Of a stretch of 48,908 nt of DNA, positions 1-9,635 are shown one piece after another; position 1 is the first letter of the stretch, and each line of letters begins with the position of its first letter. The notes below the pieces were generated by a model. That model saw only the letters and a list, made by a program, of their open reading frames with translations. It ran no database searches and was not told the DNA's origin. Origin of the DNA: a virus (lineage: Duplodnaviria > Heunggongvirae > Uroviricota > Caudoviricetes); IMG/VR virus record IMGVR_UViG_3300028454_000679. One strand, written 5' to 3'. Position numbers and translations under genes: made by a program.

Positions 1-266
1 ACCCCCATCGTGTCCAAGAGTGGTAAAATCATATGGCCAACCCAAATACACTCACCCCTAAAGTACAATCCAAAGTCATCTGTAAGACACTCTGGTGGTG
101 CAAAGTACTTTAGATACTCCTGATTCGGCACAAAGATGCTGTTCAACTCTCGTGGGCTAAACTTTGACCTACGCACTTCAAAAATACTGTTAAAGAAATG
201 AGTCTGGGAAGCAGCGTCCTCATCCCAGACTCTTTTAACAATATCAAAATATCTTGCATCCATCAT
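1..266 (-). CDS. N-terminal part of an ORF running off the window edge; possible DnaG-like primase
   Basis: Not in the ORF track. ATG at 266 overlaps the upstream TGA (ATGA). Open to the edge: MMDARYFDIVKRVWDEDAASQTHFF...DDFGLYFRGECIWVGHMILPLLDTMG. The last segment resembles DnaG 'RFRNRIMFPIRD..G'. Confidence 0.35.
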   Translation of the reverse strand, partial: MMDARYFDIVKRVWDEDAASQTHFFNSIFEVRRSKFSPRELNSIFVPNQEYLKYFAPPECLTDDFGLYFRGECIWVGHMILPLLDTMG

Positions 267-1168
267 AATACAAATACGACCATTTCCTGCTTGAAAATAT
301 CCTTCAGAACTGCTCGACTGTAAGGTACTGCTGGGAAGGATTTAGTTTCGCCTGCTATAGCATATGCCTTACTTTTGAGATTACCATCCTTAAAGGAGCC
401 GGACTTTACAGTAATATCTTCTGCAACACAGAAAACACCTTCCTCCTGTGTGATAGCATTGCGGTTAATAAACAGCATAGGTTTATTGAAAGTAAAGTTG
501 GAACGACTGACTCTATCCAAAAGCATAGCCAACACATTATTGTTAAAGTCAGTATGTACACCCTCAAGAGTGCTGCTCATAAAATTAACAAGTGCTTCCT
601 GTGTGCTAAAGTACACGTAATCAGGACTGATTTGCCTAGCCACCTTCAGCTCCCTATCCTTTGTCCAAGAAGTCAGAAAAGCTCTCTTCACAAAAAGCTG
701 CTCGAAGAACTCATAAGTAGATGCAAACTTAGTGTATGGTGGTAAATCCAGTGATGCTGGTTTATCAATGACAGCATCAATAATAAATGAGCCACCATTA
801 ACAGCCTCTGCAATATCAGCCTCTGGAATACCAAGAGTGAAAGCAACATAAATTGCCAGTGGAGTCAACTGGTCAATATGGATAGCTGTGTTAAGCAGCT
901 CAATCATTGGCACTGTTAGTTTCATATTAGATGTAACAAGTGCATAGGCTATATCCAGAATCTCTCCAAATGCCTGAAAAGTTTCATTATCTATACCCTC
1001 TGCTAGAGCGGAGTCTCTAACCTTTGCAGCTATATTAGCATAAAGGTCAGTGTCATCAGAGACTCCTAACAGCTTTTTATAGTAATCAAAAGCATTCACA
1101 CCTTGATGCAGATTCAAATACATTGGAATGTCATCCCAAACAGACTTTATTTTCTCAAAGTTTCCCAT
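263..1168 (-). CDS. Hypothetical protein (301 aa)
   Basis: Long ORF with SD GGAGGT 4 nt before ATG; no recognisable motif. Confidence 0.8.
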   Translation of the reverse strand: MGNFEKIKSVWDDIPMYLNLHQGVNAFDYYKKLLGVSDDTDLYANIAAKVRDSALAEGIDNETFQAFGEILDIAYALVTSNMKLTVPMIELLNTAIHIDQLTPLAIYVAFTLGIPEADIAEAVNGGSFIIDAVIDKPASLDLPPYTKFASTYEFFEQLFVKRAFLTSWTKDRELKVARQISPDYVYFSTQEALVNFMSSTLEGVHTDFNNNVLAMLLDRVSRSNFTFNKPMLFINRNAITQEEGVFCVAEDITVKSGSFKDGNLKSKAYAIAGETKSFPAVPYSRAVLKDIFKQEMVVFVL

Positions 1169-1177
1169 AACTACCTC

Positions 1178-1792
1178 CTACTGTAAATCCATGAGTTTGT
1201 AAGTTTTCTTGACTGGCTTGAAAATCTCCAAGCTATCATCAGTTACCTGATAGAGTATCTTACCAAAGTTCACTTTAGTGTTCTTAGGTACAGTTAGGTC
1301 AACTCCCATACGCAATTCACGTAAAAGGTTTAAATTCTCCGGCGGGTCAATGATGCTTGCACTTACAAGATATTTCAGGTGCTTCCAGGCATCCGAATTA
1401 TAATAATCTGTCAGTAGGATATCACGCTCTTTAAACTTTGGCATTGCATCACACACTTGAATAACACTCGCAACAAACCTGTGAATAAACTGTTCAGGTG
1501 TGGTAGCAAGACGAGCATCTATATACGCTTCGTTAAACATTGGTACACATCTACCATCGCCTAGCCATACAAGCTTTGCACAATGTTCATGAGTGTTATA
1601 CACATTTGCAATAAGGTCTTCAATACTAGAACCAAGAAACTTTTCAACAACCTTCTCATCCACCTGCTGTCTTGCGGCATACTGAAAGATATTGATAGTT
1701 CCATACTTTGTTGTACGCACTCTGGTAGCTAAGTCATTCAACATAGTGTCCTCAAAGTGACAACTTTCTGTGAATACAGTTGATTTCTTCAT
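1178..1792 (-). CDS. Hypothetical protein (204 aa)
   Basis: SD AGGAG upstream; follows an 89-nt intergenic gap; no recognisable motif. Confidence 0.8.
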   Translation of the reverse strand: MKKSTVFTESCHFEDTMLNDLATRVRTTKYGTINIFQYAARQQVDEKVVEKFLGSSIEDLIANVYNTHEHCAKLVWLGDGRCVPMFNEAYIDARLATTPEQFIHRFVASVIQVCDAMPKFKERDILLTDYYNSDAWKHLKYLVSASIIDPPENLNLLRELRMGVDLTVPKNTKVNFGKILYQVTDDSLEIFKPVKKTYKLMDLQ

Positions 1793-1881
1793 AAACTTAT
1801 CTCCTATCTCTGATAGCTTAAATGCTATAATTGTTAAAAATACGCTTGATTGGTAACTGCTGATTCGCTAACGCAATCACC

Positions 1882-2592
1882 CTAGTGCTTATTTTTAACA
1901 TAATTTAAATGCTCATAGTATAGCTTCTCTGACTGTTTTTCCAACTTGTCAAACAGCTTTGCTAAATTTCTCATATCCCACACAACTCTATCATCCTTGC
2001 ACAGAACAGATTCCCAGTTATTAAGAGATAACAGTGGCATAAGAGTTCTCGCATCCACTGTACGCTTATCCTCAACCTTGCCATCTGAAAAGACGAACAA
2101 AGCTATTTTATAAACCGGTAAATTGCCTTTTACAACAAAAGGTTTTGCCAATGTATCAAGAGTTTTTAAATGTAGCATGTTCTGCTTATAAACATCTGTG
2201 TTCTTGTATACACCCTTGCCTGTTAAAGTATTATTGCCCTTGTAGCTTTTACACTCAAAGAGATAAATACACTGTGGGGTGACAAGAGTTAAGTCCAATT
2301 CAGTTGAAAAGGAATCTGACAGATGCCCACGCTCCTTTAAAATAAGTCCCTTGTAGAGTAACCAATCCTTGCACTTCTCCTTATTCCTTAAGGTGTAATC
2401 CACAATAAGGCACTCCAGAACAACCTCACATACTTCTCCGTTAACCTGAGCTTGTAATTCTTCACCCAGACCAAAATCATGCAACGTTTCAGCTGCTAAC
2501 TTAACAAGAACGTCTATGCCATAATCCAAATAGATCTTAAAAAGGTTATCATGAATAGAATCATGTGTTCGCTTAACTCTATCATCACTCAC
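1882..2592 (-). CDS. NERD-domain (PD-(D/E)xK) nuclease
   Basis: ELDLTLVTPQCIYLFECKSYKG matches the NERD core EIDHL.I...GIFVIETKNY.G; GTG start overlaps the polymerase stop. Confidence 0.75.
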   Translation of the reverse strand: MSDDRVKRTHDSIHDNLFKIYLDYGIDVLVKLAAETLHDFGLGEELQAQVNGEVCEVVLECLIVDYTLRNKEKCKDWLLYKGLILKERGHLSDSFSTELDLTLVTPQCIYLFECKSYKGNNTLTGKGVYKNTDVYKQNMLHLKTLDTLAKPFVVKGNLPVYKIALFVFSDGKVEDKRTVDARTLMPLLSLNNWESVLCKDDRVVWDMRNLAKLFDKLEKQSEKLYYEHLNYVKNKH

Positions 2593-4336
2593 AGATATCT
2601 AACACCTTCACACTTTTAATAGAGTTAATCTCATTCTCTGTCCAATTGTAAACTGGCACCGGAATTTGATTCTTTTGGGCATAAACGTAGTAAGCATAGC
2701 TGTTCAGCATCTGACACCTATCCGGAATATTCTTACATTGAATAAAATCAATAGGTATATCCTCTAAGACAACGGCATCGTCATTAAGCGTCGTGTAAAT
2801 ATAAATTGCATTGTACCCAACCCTCTTCACACCTTGCAGATACTTTGACAACATAGATACTGTATGCTCGAAGACTGGGGTACTTTCTGGAAATGCAAAA
2901 TGAGATGCTCTGTCATTTACTCCGTCATAAAGAGTTGCGATAACAGTGCCATCTAACCGTCGTAAACCTAAAGAGTAAACAGCTGCACAGACTGGTGTGT
3001 AGGTCATCTTACTCTCACTTGGTCGCAGAACATCAACTTGGAATTGACTGCTACTGAACTGAAGCATAAGTTTTGTATCAATATTCTTATACCTTCTGCC
3101 AAAGCAGAAATCTACATGAGGGTAAAGAACCCAATCGTCCACTACAATATCCTCAAAGTTATGCAACCATCCAATAGAATCCATACAGGACTCTTTCAAA
3201 TAAAAGATAGGCTCATCATGTCGTGTTAGGTAAAGTCCAAAGTCCTCTTCTGACAACCCTCTTGAACGTGCCTCTTTTAAGATAGAAGTAACTAAGTTAA
3301 TAATAAGCTCACTTGTTCCTGTCTGTACCGGGGCATTCAAACGATCGTTGACTGTCTCCGATGCACTATACTTAGGTAAACGTAATTGCTCATATCCAAA
3401 GTAACTCCGCAACTTCAGTGGGATATTAGAAGTCTCTTGTAAGAACTTATAATACTTTACATAGTTAGGGCAAGTCATAAGAAACGCAGTGATAAGCTTG
3501 ATAGCTTCATTCTCCTCTTTCACTGTTGATGAACGTGTACCATATACAGTGGCTAAGACAAGCTGTTTGTACATGGCACGATTCTCTTTAAACTTTGCTT
3601 CATCAAACTTAAGACCATTCTTCTCATAGATCATTCTGTAAAGGGCCTCATACTTGTCATCATACCGCCTCATAAGGCGATCGCTTTCCTCACTACGCAT
3701 AAAACAGTTGTATGCTACACGGAAGTCTGACTGCGCGAAGTCTCCCCATACAAGTACATAACCTTCCGGCACAGTAATACTATTTACAAAGTCCCTTGGA
3801 ATCTGTGAAATAATATCACATGACTTGTAATTGTAGCGCAAGTTGACCTGCTGAGACACTTCAAAGGAAAGCTTATAAATCTCTGAGCCGTCTGACAACT
3901 GTAATGGGCTGTGGCAAGACTCAGCAACGGACTTAAGCTTACTGCTAATCGATTTAGCTGACTGCATATCATTGTACATCTCAAGGAACTCATGAGCGTA
4001 GTTATTAGCATAAAGCTTGTCCAAGACTTTACCCCTGTCTAAGGAAAATCCTTGCTTGCCTCGAACCTTAAAGTAATGGGAGGGGCAGTGCTCGTAGTCA
4101 ACAAGAAAGTTGTAAATATCATTTCTGTTCAAGCCAAGTGGCTGGAATCCAGAAGAATAATTCATATAGTTAAGAATAACTTTCTCTGTTGAAGCCTGCC
4201 GTGATTTGTACTCACATGCACCCTGCAAAAGCATATCCCTGTCTACGTAAATAAAACACTTAGAACTTATTGCTTTCTCATACCCATCAATATCGAGTGG
4301 GTAATTATTATTTATTTTGATCATAATACTCTCCAA
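2585..4336 (-). CDS. Family A DNA polymerase, polymerase domain only (no 3'-5' exonuclease), divergent motif A
   Basis: Motif A WGDFAQSDFR, motif B RAMYKQLVLATVYG, RLNAPVQTGTSEL, motif C LTRHDEPIF; no Exo I/II/III motifs. Confidence 0.88.
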   Translation of the reverse strand: MESIMIKINNNYPLDIDGYEKAISSKCFIYVDRDMLLQGACEYKSRQASTEKVILNYMNYSSGFQPLGLNRNDIYNFLVDYEHCPSHYFKVRGKQGFSLDRGKVLDKLYANNYAHEFLEMYNDMQSAKSISSKLKSVAESCHSPLQLSDGSEIYKLSFEVSQQVNLRYNYKSCDIISQIPRDFVNSITVPEGYVLVWGDFAQSDFRVAYNCFMRSEESDRLMRRYDDKYEALYRMIYEKNGLKFDEAKFKENRAMYKQLVLATVYGTRSSTVKEENEAIKLITAFLMTCPNYVKYYKFLQETSNIPLKLRSYFGYEQLRLPKYSASETVNDRLNAPVQTGTSELIINLVTSILKEARSRGLSEEDFGLYLTRHDEPIFYLKESCMDSIGWLHNFEDIVVDDWVLYPHVDFCFGRRYKNIDTKLMLQFSSSQFQVDVLRPSESKMTYTPVCAAVYSLGLRRLDGTVIATLYDGVNDRASHFAFPESTPVFEHTVSMLSKYLQGVKRVGYNAIYIYTTLNDDAVVLEDIPIDFIQCKNIPDRCQMLNSYAYYVYAQKNQIPVPVYNWTENEINSIKSVKVLDICE

Positions 4337-4582
4337 CTAGAACCCAAATGCATTACCTAAAACACCAACTGGATTATCAAGAACGCCATCAGCCTTTAAT
4401 TTGAAGACAAATGCAAGAAAGGCTATAACTGCAATAATCTCAATCCACTCTTTGGTTTTTAGGGAAATTTTAGCACCAAGGTCAGGTTTCTTAAATCCGA
4501 ATTTTTGCGGACTACTAGCTTGCTCTTCAGCACTGCCTTCATCCGTCTGAGGAACCTGTTCCTCCAATTTCTCTTCAGCCAT
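4337..4582 (-). CDS. Small single-pass membrane protein (81 aa)
   Basis: Start moved to MAEEKLEE (SD GGAG, directly after the FtsK stop); acidic N-terminus, hydrophobic IEIIAVIAFLAFVF. Confidence 0.7.
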   Translation of the reverse strand: MAEEKLEEQVPQTDEGSAEEQASSPQKFGFKKPDLGAKISLKTKEWIEIIAVIAFLAFVFKLKADGVLDNPVGVLGNAFGF

Positions 4583-4583
4583 A

Positions 4584-6677
4584 CTAAATTTCTCCATCAA
4601 AATACATCTTTTTGTACTTCTGTAAATCATCACCACGGGAACTGTTCCACAGAGCTGCTAGAGTATCCAACATACTCTCTGGCATAACATCACAACCAAT
4701 TCTACGAACATCACGTTGTGATGGTCTGTCCATAACATACCACAGGAATCCACTCTTTAAATCTGAAAACTCCATCATATTAGTAGTAAACATAAGTACT
4801 CTAACATTCACAAGGCAACAATCTAGAAGAATCTTTCTAAACTGCGCAAGATTCTTACTGCTGGAATCAGTACCGAAACCGATAATTCTATCAGCTGATG
4901 TAATCCACACATAAATCTTCTTAAACTGTGATGCCTGTATTTGCTTATTCTGACACTCTAAGTTCTCCCAAACGTTATAAAGTTCTGTAAAGTAAGCATC
5001 ACAAGCATCCTCAGACATACCACCAATCTCTTTTGAGTATGCTGGGTCATCACTTATGAAAGCGATAAAAGCAAAATAGCGTTGCTTCAGTATCTTGCTA
5101 GCCGGTAACTTAGATGCCACAGAGCTAGAATCCCATAACTCATCAAACCCACTCTCTATAGCACCATTGAAAACTTTCTTGTCAATATCCAGAAGCAATT
5201 TACGTTGATAAACAGTCTTATGCAGTAAAGCGAAACATGTACTATCGTAACTTCTATCATCAAAGAGTAAACCACCTAAGTGTGGTTTCAATAGTGCGTT
5301 CATTTGAGACTCTGGAGCTATACCAATATTCAAAGCATTCTGACGTGTGATAGAGTAAAGAAATGTTTGAGCAGTCCTTCTAAGGTCAACATCATCCTTA
5401 GAGATTGCTAGCACATTCTCAATGCTGTTAGTTCCAAATGGAATAAACACAGCCTGCTCTTCACTACGAATCATATAAGCAGGGTCTCCCATAACAATAC
5501 GGTCGGAAGTGTCAAAAGAGTTTACGAATACTTCGAACTCCTTCTCATGCCTTACAGCTGTCTCATCGTAAAATCGCATAGGCTGAGAGAAGCCAATCTT
5601 ATCAGCCTGCTCTTTAGTGGATTTGTAAATATCCTTAACAGAGGCATCATTACAGAATGGCACTGAAATATTGATATTATCAGCTTTATCACCACGAGTA
5701 ACGTTCTCATTGATAATAAGCTTACCTTTTTGTCCCATATTAGCAGATGCAGCTTCGTTACCAATAACAGCTTGGGATACTTCTGGGAAAGCACCCAGAC
5801 ATGCACGGAATGTAACGTTCTTTAAAAGACCCTTTGGAATATCAGAACCAATCTCCTGCGAGCACATATAAAGGTGGAAACCAGTAGCACGACCCTTACG
5901 TCCTAAGAGGTCAAGCATCTTCGCAATCTTATCAGCTTTTCTTCCGGCATTCATAAACATAGCTTGGAACTCGTCGAACACCATAAGATTACGATGTAGG
6001 GTAAGACCAGTGACTTCATTAAAGTCCATAATATTACGGATAGTCTTACCAAAATGCTTACTAGCAATAGGGAACATCTTCTCTGTTGCTTCCATCTCGT
6101 TGACTTTACACTCTAAGACCGAAATAAGGTAATCTGCATCTCCCGTTGCAGCTACTGCTTCAATATGAGGTAATGGAGTTGTCATCGCAATATTCTTAAA
6201 TTCCAAGACCTTACCATCAGAAAGCGTGTAGTGTAATGCCCAGGGTGGATACTTGTAACATGAACCGAAGATAATAGCATTCAAGGCAACTGATTTTCCT
6301 GAACCTGTTGAACCTGCCATAAGTCCATGAACAAACTTATCACCTAAACCTCCCTCAAACAGTGATGAACTATCTCCGTTAATATACCCAGCCGGTATAT
6401 GAATCTCATCAGTTGTATCACCAATCCACATTGGACCATACTCACCTATCATAGGTTCAGTAATTGTAAACTCGCAGGCTGGTTCAAAATCACCCCTAAG
6501 CATACTGTAAACATCTTTAGGTACTCTTACAGTGTATGGGTAGGTATGATTGTCTGGAGTCTTCGACATCATGTTTTTAATAAAGTCTGCCTCAACAATA
6601 GCAAGTGAGGCAGACTTGTAAGCTTTGTAAAACTCTCTGGTTTGTTTTTCAATATCTTCCTTAGAAACTGTTAACAT
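4584..6677 (-). CDS. FtsK/SpoIIIE-family ATPase of EssC/EccC type (active domain plus degenerate second domain)
   Basis: HGLMAGSTGSGKS (Walker A), SDGKVLEF, LPHIEAVA, LMVFDEFQ (Walker B), GRKGRATGFHLYMCSQ. The C-terminal half keeps the fold pattern without a P-loop. Confidence 0.85.
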   Translation of the reverse strand: MLTVSKEDIEKQTREFYKAYKSASLAIVEADFIKNMMSKTPDNHTYPYTVRVPKDVYSMLRGDFEPACEFTITEPMIGEYGPMWIGDTTDEIHIPAGYINGDSSSLFEGGLGDKFVHGLMAGSTGSGKSVALNAIIFGSCYKYPPWALHYTLSDGKVLEFKNIAMTTPLPHIEAVAATGDADYLISVLECKVNEMEATEKMFPIASKHFGKTIRNIMDFNEVTGLTLHRNLMVFDEFQAMFMNAGRKADKIAKMLDLLGRKGRATGFHLYMCSQEIGSDIPKGLLKNVTFRACLGAFPEVSQAVIGNEAASANMGQKGKLIINENVTRGDKADNINISVPFCNDASVKDIYKSTKEQADKIGFSQPMRFYDETAVRHEKEFEVFVNSFDTSDRIVMGDPAYMIRSEEQAVFIPFGTNSIENVLAISKDDVDLRRTAQTFLYSITRQNALNIGIAPESQMNALLKPHLGGLLFDDRSYDSTCFALLHKTVYQRKLLLDIDKKVFNGAIESGFDELWDSSSVASKLPASKILKQRYFAFIAFISDDPAYSKEIGGMSEDACDAYFTELYNVWENLECQNKQIQASQFKKIYVWITSADRIIGFGTDSSSKNLAQFRKILLDCCLVNVRVLMFTTNMMEFSDLKSGFLWYVMDRPSQRDVRRIGCDVMPESMLDTLAALWNSSRGDDLQKYKKMYFDGEI

Positions 6678-8791
6678 TTCAGTAATATCTCCCTAAATGC
6701 CAGGTATGCTTTAGAAGACTCAAACATTGTTTGTACATTCTTTGCAGTACCAAATAACGCTTGTCTATAGCTAGTTATAACAACTGCCATAATCATACCT
6801 AACGGTACATCTTTGTTGTTTGTAGGATGTGACGTTCCTTCGAGGATTGTGTATCTTACAAACTGCTGTGATGCATCTGGTCCTACACTAAACAGGCTCA
6901 AATCAGCCTGTGCTATAACCTTACCATTGAAAACAATGTTAGCCACATTCTGAAGTGTCGGGGTTCTGTAAATAACAGACTCATCTACAGTAGATGCAGG
7001 TTGTGCCTGAGGCTGTGGTTGTGGTTGAGGCTGTGGTGCAGGTTGTGCCTGGGGCTGTTGTGTAGGCTGTGGCTGTGGTTGAACCTGTGGCTGTGGTGCA
7101 GGTTGTAATACTGAGCCAAATACGCTTGAGGTTCCAACACTTGCCGGTTCAGATTGAGTGACAGGCTCAGGCTGTGGTTGCTGCTGAGGCTCAGGCTGTT
7201 GTGCTGACGCTGGTACTGCACTTTGAGCTGGCTGAATACAACCAATAAACTTAGACAACAGCGGAGCATTAGGTGTAGCCTGATTCTCTGCATAAATCTC
7301 CAAGAATAGCAATTGCAGTTTTGTACCGAAACCAAGTGCAGCTTTGTTATCCAATTCTGCAGCTGTGGAAGAAAGGAGTGAATCCAAAGGAGTGCCACTG
7401 CTAATAAACTGCTGGACGTAATCATTAGACAAAGCGTTCTCGTAAGACAGAGAAGCTGCTTCCTCCTTATTAAGATTAAACACTTCCAAACACTTTTCCT
7501 GCTCAGGAGTCAACTCAATATTCTGGGCACCTGCTGCAATACCACGCTCTTCCTCTGTTACAACACCAAATGCAATAAAACCTGCGTTAAGGTCAAAGAC
7601 AGGGAAGTCCTCTAAATCATCGAAGACTAGATACTGAATTTTACGTTCTCCCCAACGGGCAATATAAATGATTGCCTTTATGATATAAGAACTGTCTGCA
7701 TCGACACTTAGCTTCTTCAAATAGTGCTGCAGAGCAAGTATAGCATTCTGTGCAACTGACTCTTTAGTTGTACCTACACTCCACACATACCTGGAGTCAT
7801 CAGAATCATACATGCTATCACTTTTACCTTGAGTATCATATACTATATTAATTGGCATATTCGTCAGATGTCTATGCCCTTTCATATAAAGTAAAGATGC
7901 TAACTCAAGTAAGTAGTTCTGAGTTATCTCATCATAGTAAACTGCACCGGTCTCCTCATCCAACATACCACCATACTGAACTGCATTGATTGCTGCCCAC
8001 TTTGTTAACTCCTCGTAGTATCTTCTCTCATTATCAAGAATCTCCGGAACAAAGTTATCCTGTGAACCCAAAACCATATCAAGCATTGCCTGGGAACCAT
8101 TACAAGCATAACGGTACTCTGGGCTATTCATAATGTCATTAGGATACTCTGAACCCAGTGCCTCTAAACTTGGGAGCACATACGCATAGTTCCCATCGTA
8201 GGACTCCAAAGCTGCATGTGTAGGAATCTCAAAGAATAACTCATCGACTGGTGTAGTCTGAAAATGATTCTGATTATTCTTGATAACACCTGTTGTGATA
8301 GCAGTTGCATCCTTCATAGTATTAAAAGTCTCAGGGAACTGAGGACTGTAATATGCAGGTAAAGATGGTAAACCATTATGTAAGTCCGGAGCTGTTCTCC
8401 ACATCAGCTCACTTGCAAACATAGCTGTAAAGTCTACACCGGAAATTCCCTCGGATGTAAATATCTCGTTAATGGCTTCTCTAATATCCGGAGAAATATT
8501 TCCTAGGTCTGGAACTATCTCGGTGATAGTGTCAAGCACATTACTCACCTGAATAGTGTTTACACTACTGGCATCATTCAGAATAAGACAAGGCCAACAA
8601 CCCTGTGGGTATGCTATTGAACACTTAAGCCCACTGCCTAAGATGGAATTCAATAACTGATGGTCTTGCATAAATAAAATGGTAGTTGGAACATATTGAA
8701 TTGTCCCATTATTGTCTATACCTACTGCCACCACTAAATTACAGGTGACACCATTTACTTCTCTGGTGTCAATAAAAACATTAGAAATCAT
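6671..8791 (-). CDS. Hypothetical protein (706 aa) with Pro/Gln-rich linker before a small C-terminal domain
   Basis: SD AAGGAG; overlaps the FtsK start; PQPQ low-complexity tract. Confidence 0.8.
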   Translation of the reverse strand: MISNVFIDTREVNGVTCNLVVAVGIDNNGTIQYVPTTILFMQDHQLLNSILGSGLKCSIAYPQGCWPCLILNDASSVNTIQVSNVLDTITEIVPDLGNISPDIREAINEIFTSEGISGVDFTAMFASELMWRTAPDLHNGLPSLPAYYSPQFPETFNTMKDATAITTGVIKNNQNHFQTTPVDELFFEIPTHAALESYDGNYAYVLPSLEALGSEYPNDIMNSPEYRYACNGSQAMLDMVLGSQDNFVPEILDNERRYYEELTKWAAINAVQYGGMLDEETGAVYYDEITQNYLLELASLLYMKGHRHLTNMPINIVYDTQGKSDSMYDSDDSRYVWSVGTTKESVAQNAILALQHYLKKLSVDADSSYIIKAIIYIARWGERKIQYLVFDDLEDFPVFDLNAGFIAFGVVTEEERGIAAGAQNIELTPEQEKCLEVFNLNKEEAASLSYENALSNDYVQQFISSGTPLDSLLSSTAAELDNKAALGFGTKLQLLFLEIYAENQATPNAPLLSKFIGCIQPAQSAVPASAQQPEPQQQPQPEPVTQSEPASVGTSSVFGSVLQPAPQPQVQPQPQPTQQPQAQPAPQPQPQPQPQAQPASTVDESVIYRTPTLQNVANIVFNGKVIAQADLSLFSVGPDASQQFVRYTILEGTSHPTNNKDVPLGMIMAVVITSYRQALFGTAKNVQTMFESSKAYLAFREILLKC
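6995..7215 (-). repeat. Coding low-complexity repeat (PQPQ/QPAPQ)
   Basis: Iterated ggctgtggtt / ggttgtgc units on the plus strand encoding the Pro-Gln linker. Confidence 0.8.
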
Positions 8792-8873
8792 GCTTCACTT
8801 CTCCTTTATCCATTTCTCCTGTTATTTTCTAAGTTTAACTATCTTAGAACCACTAAAGACTGCTTTGGCTCTG

Positions 8874-8893
8874 GTTTTTCATGTATTTATAGG
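8874..8893 (-). promoter_or_regulatory. Candidate promoter motif, copy A (CCTATAAATACATGAAAAAC)
   Basis: 16/20 identical to copy B at 9636-9655; intergenic, just downstream of a terminator; -10-like TATAAA(TA) without a spaced TTGACA. Confidence 0.5.
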
Positions 8894-8932
8894 TCAAAGA
8901 CTGAATTTTCCTAGTATCCGTGTATAACCGCA

Positions 8933-8954
8933 AAAAGGGGCTTACGCCCCTTTT
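8933..8954 (-). terminator. Intrinsic terminator after the two ~100-aa genes
   Basis: Minus strand AAAAGGGGC-GTAA-GCCCCTTTT(T): 9-bp inverted repeat, GNRA loop, U-tract; potentially bidirectional. Confidence 0.85.
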
Positions 8955-8972
8955 CCATTTCAAAACTGCTGC

Positions 8973-9302
8973 TTAGGTTAAGCTTGGCAGAACTGGTTTC
9001 TTGAAATGTGCCTCATTTGCAGCCTTCTTAGTTTCCTCAACCTGATACTTGTTGAAGTGTGCTGCGAATTCCGGAATCTGCTCGGTGAACAGTTTAATAA
9101 GATCTTCCCAAGGTTTGGTAAAGTCATTATACTGTCTCTCTAATTCCTTTGTCTGCTCAAAGACATCGTCAATAAGCTTGTTCTCTCCTGTGTAAGGAAT
9201 ACACAACTCGCCAAGTGCAACAAAGGTATCTAACATATCAGTGTTAGCGATATCTGCTAACTCCTTAGCAACCTGATCTAACTTCTCTTCACTAATTCTC
9301 AT
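8973..9302 (-). CDS. WXG100/ESAT-6-like helical protein (109 aa)
   Basis: N-terminus MRISEEKLDQVAKEL, central YTG at 37-39 (WxG position), C-terminal YQVEE (YxxxE); TAATG-coupled to its partner. Confidence 0.5.
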   Translation of the reverse strand: MRISEEKLDQVAKELADIANTDMLDTFVALGELCIPYTGENKLIDDVFEQTKELERQYNDFTKPWEDLIKLFTEQIPEFAAHFNKYQVEETKKAANEAHFKKPVLPSLT

Positions 9303-9595
9303 TACTGCTCGCCTCCTTCACCTTGCATAGATTCATAGGACTGCATCAAGAACCGTCCACAGTCAATAAGCTGTTCGAAGTATGCTTCATACATCTTCAC
9401 ATTGCTCTCAACTAATGGTTCAGCTGTTTTAGCTGCCTCTACAATAAGTTTGATATCTTCCTCTTTACCAACTTCCTCTACAAGGGAAAGAGCATGACGT
9501 AATTTACTAGGAATAGTTTCTTTCCATTCCTCTCCTTGGCTACGCATCTTCTTCGCAGCTTCATACAATTCTACGGAAACACCCATACTAGCCAT
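9302..9595 (-). CDS. WXG100-like helical protein (97 aa)
   Basis: Perfect SD AAGGAGGT; amphipathic helices with central EVG turn; N-terminus MASMGVSVELYEAAKKM resembles Esx proteins. The W is absent. Confidence 0.4.
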   Translation of the reverse strand: MASMGVSVELYEAAKKMRSQGEEWKETIPSKLRHALSLVEEVGKEEDIKLIVEAAKTAEPLVESNVKMYEAYFEQLIDCGRFLMQSYESMQGEGGEQ

Positions 9596-9635
9596 TTGCA
9601 GCTACCTCCTTATTTGGATTAGTGGACTCTTTTTT

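Noticed and set aside
1793-1881. Hairpins and promoter in the gap upstream of the 204-aa gene
   Set aside because: Only short imperfect inverted repeats (ATAGC/GCTAT, TGATT/AATCA), no U-tract, no match to the shared motif or a convincing sigma-A promoter.
6995-7215. Tandem repeats as a possible CRISPR array or origin iterons
   Set aside because: The units are short, degenerate, codon-phased and encode a PQ linker; no spacer-repeat structure is seen anywhere in the window.
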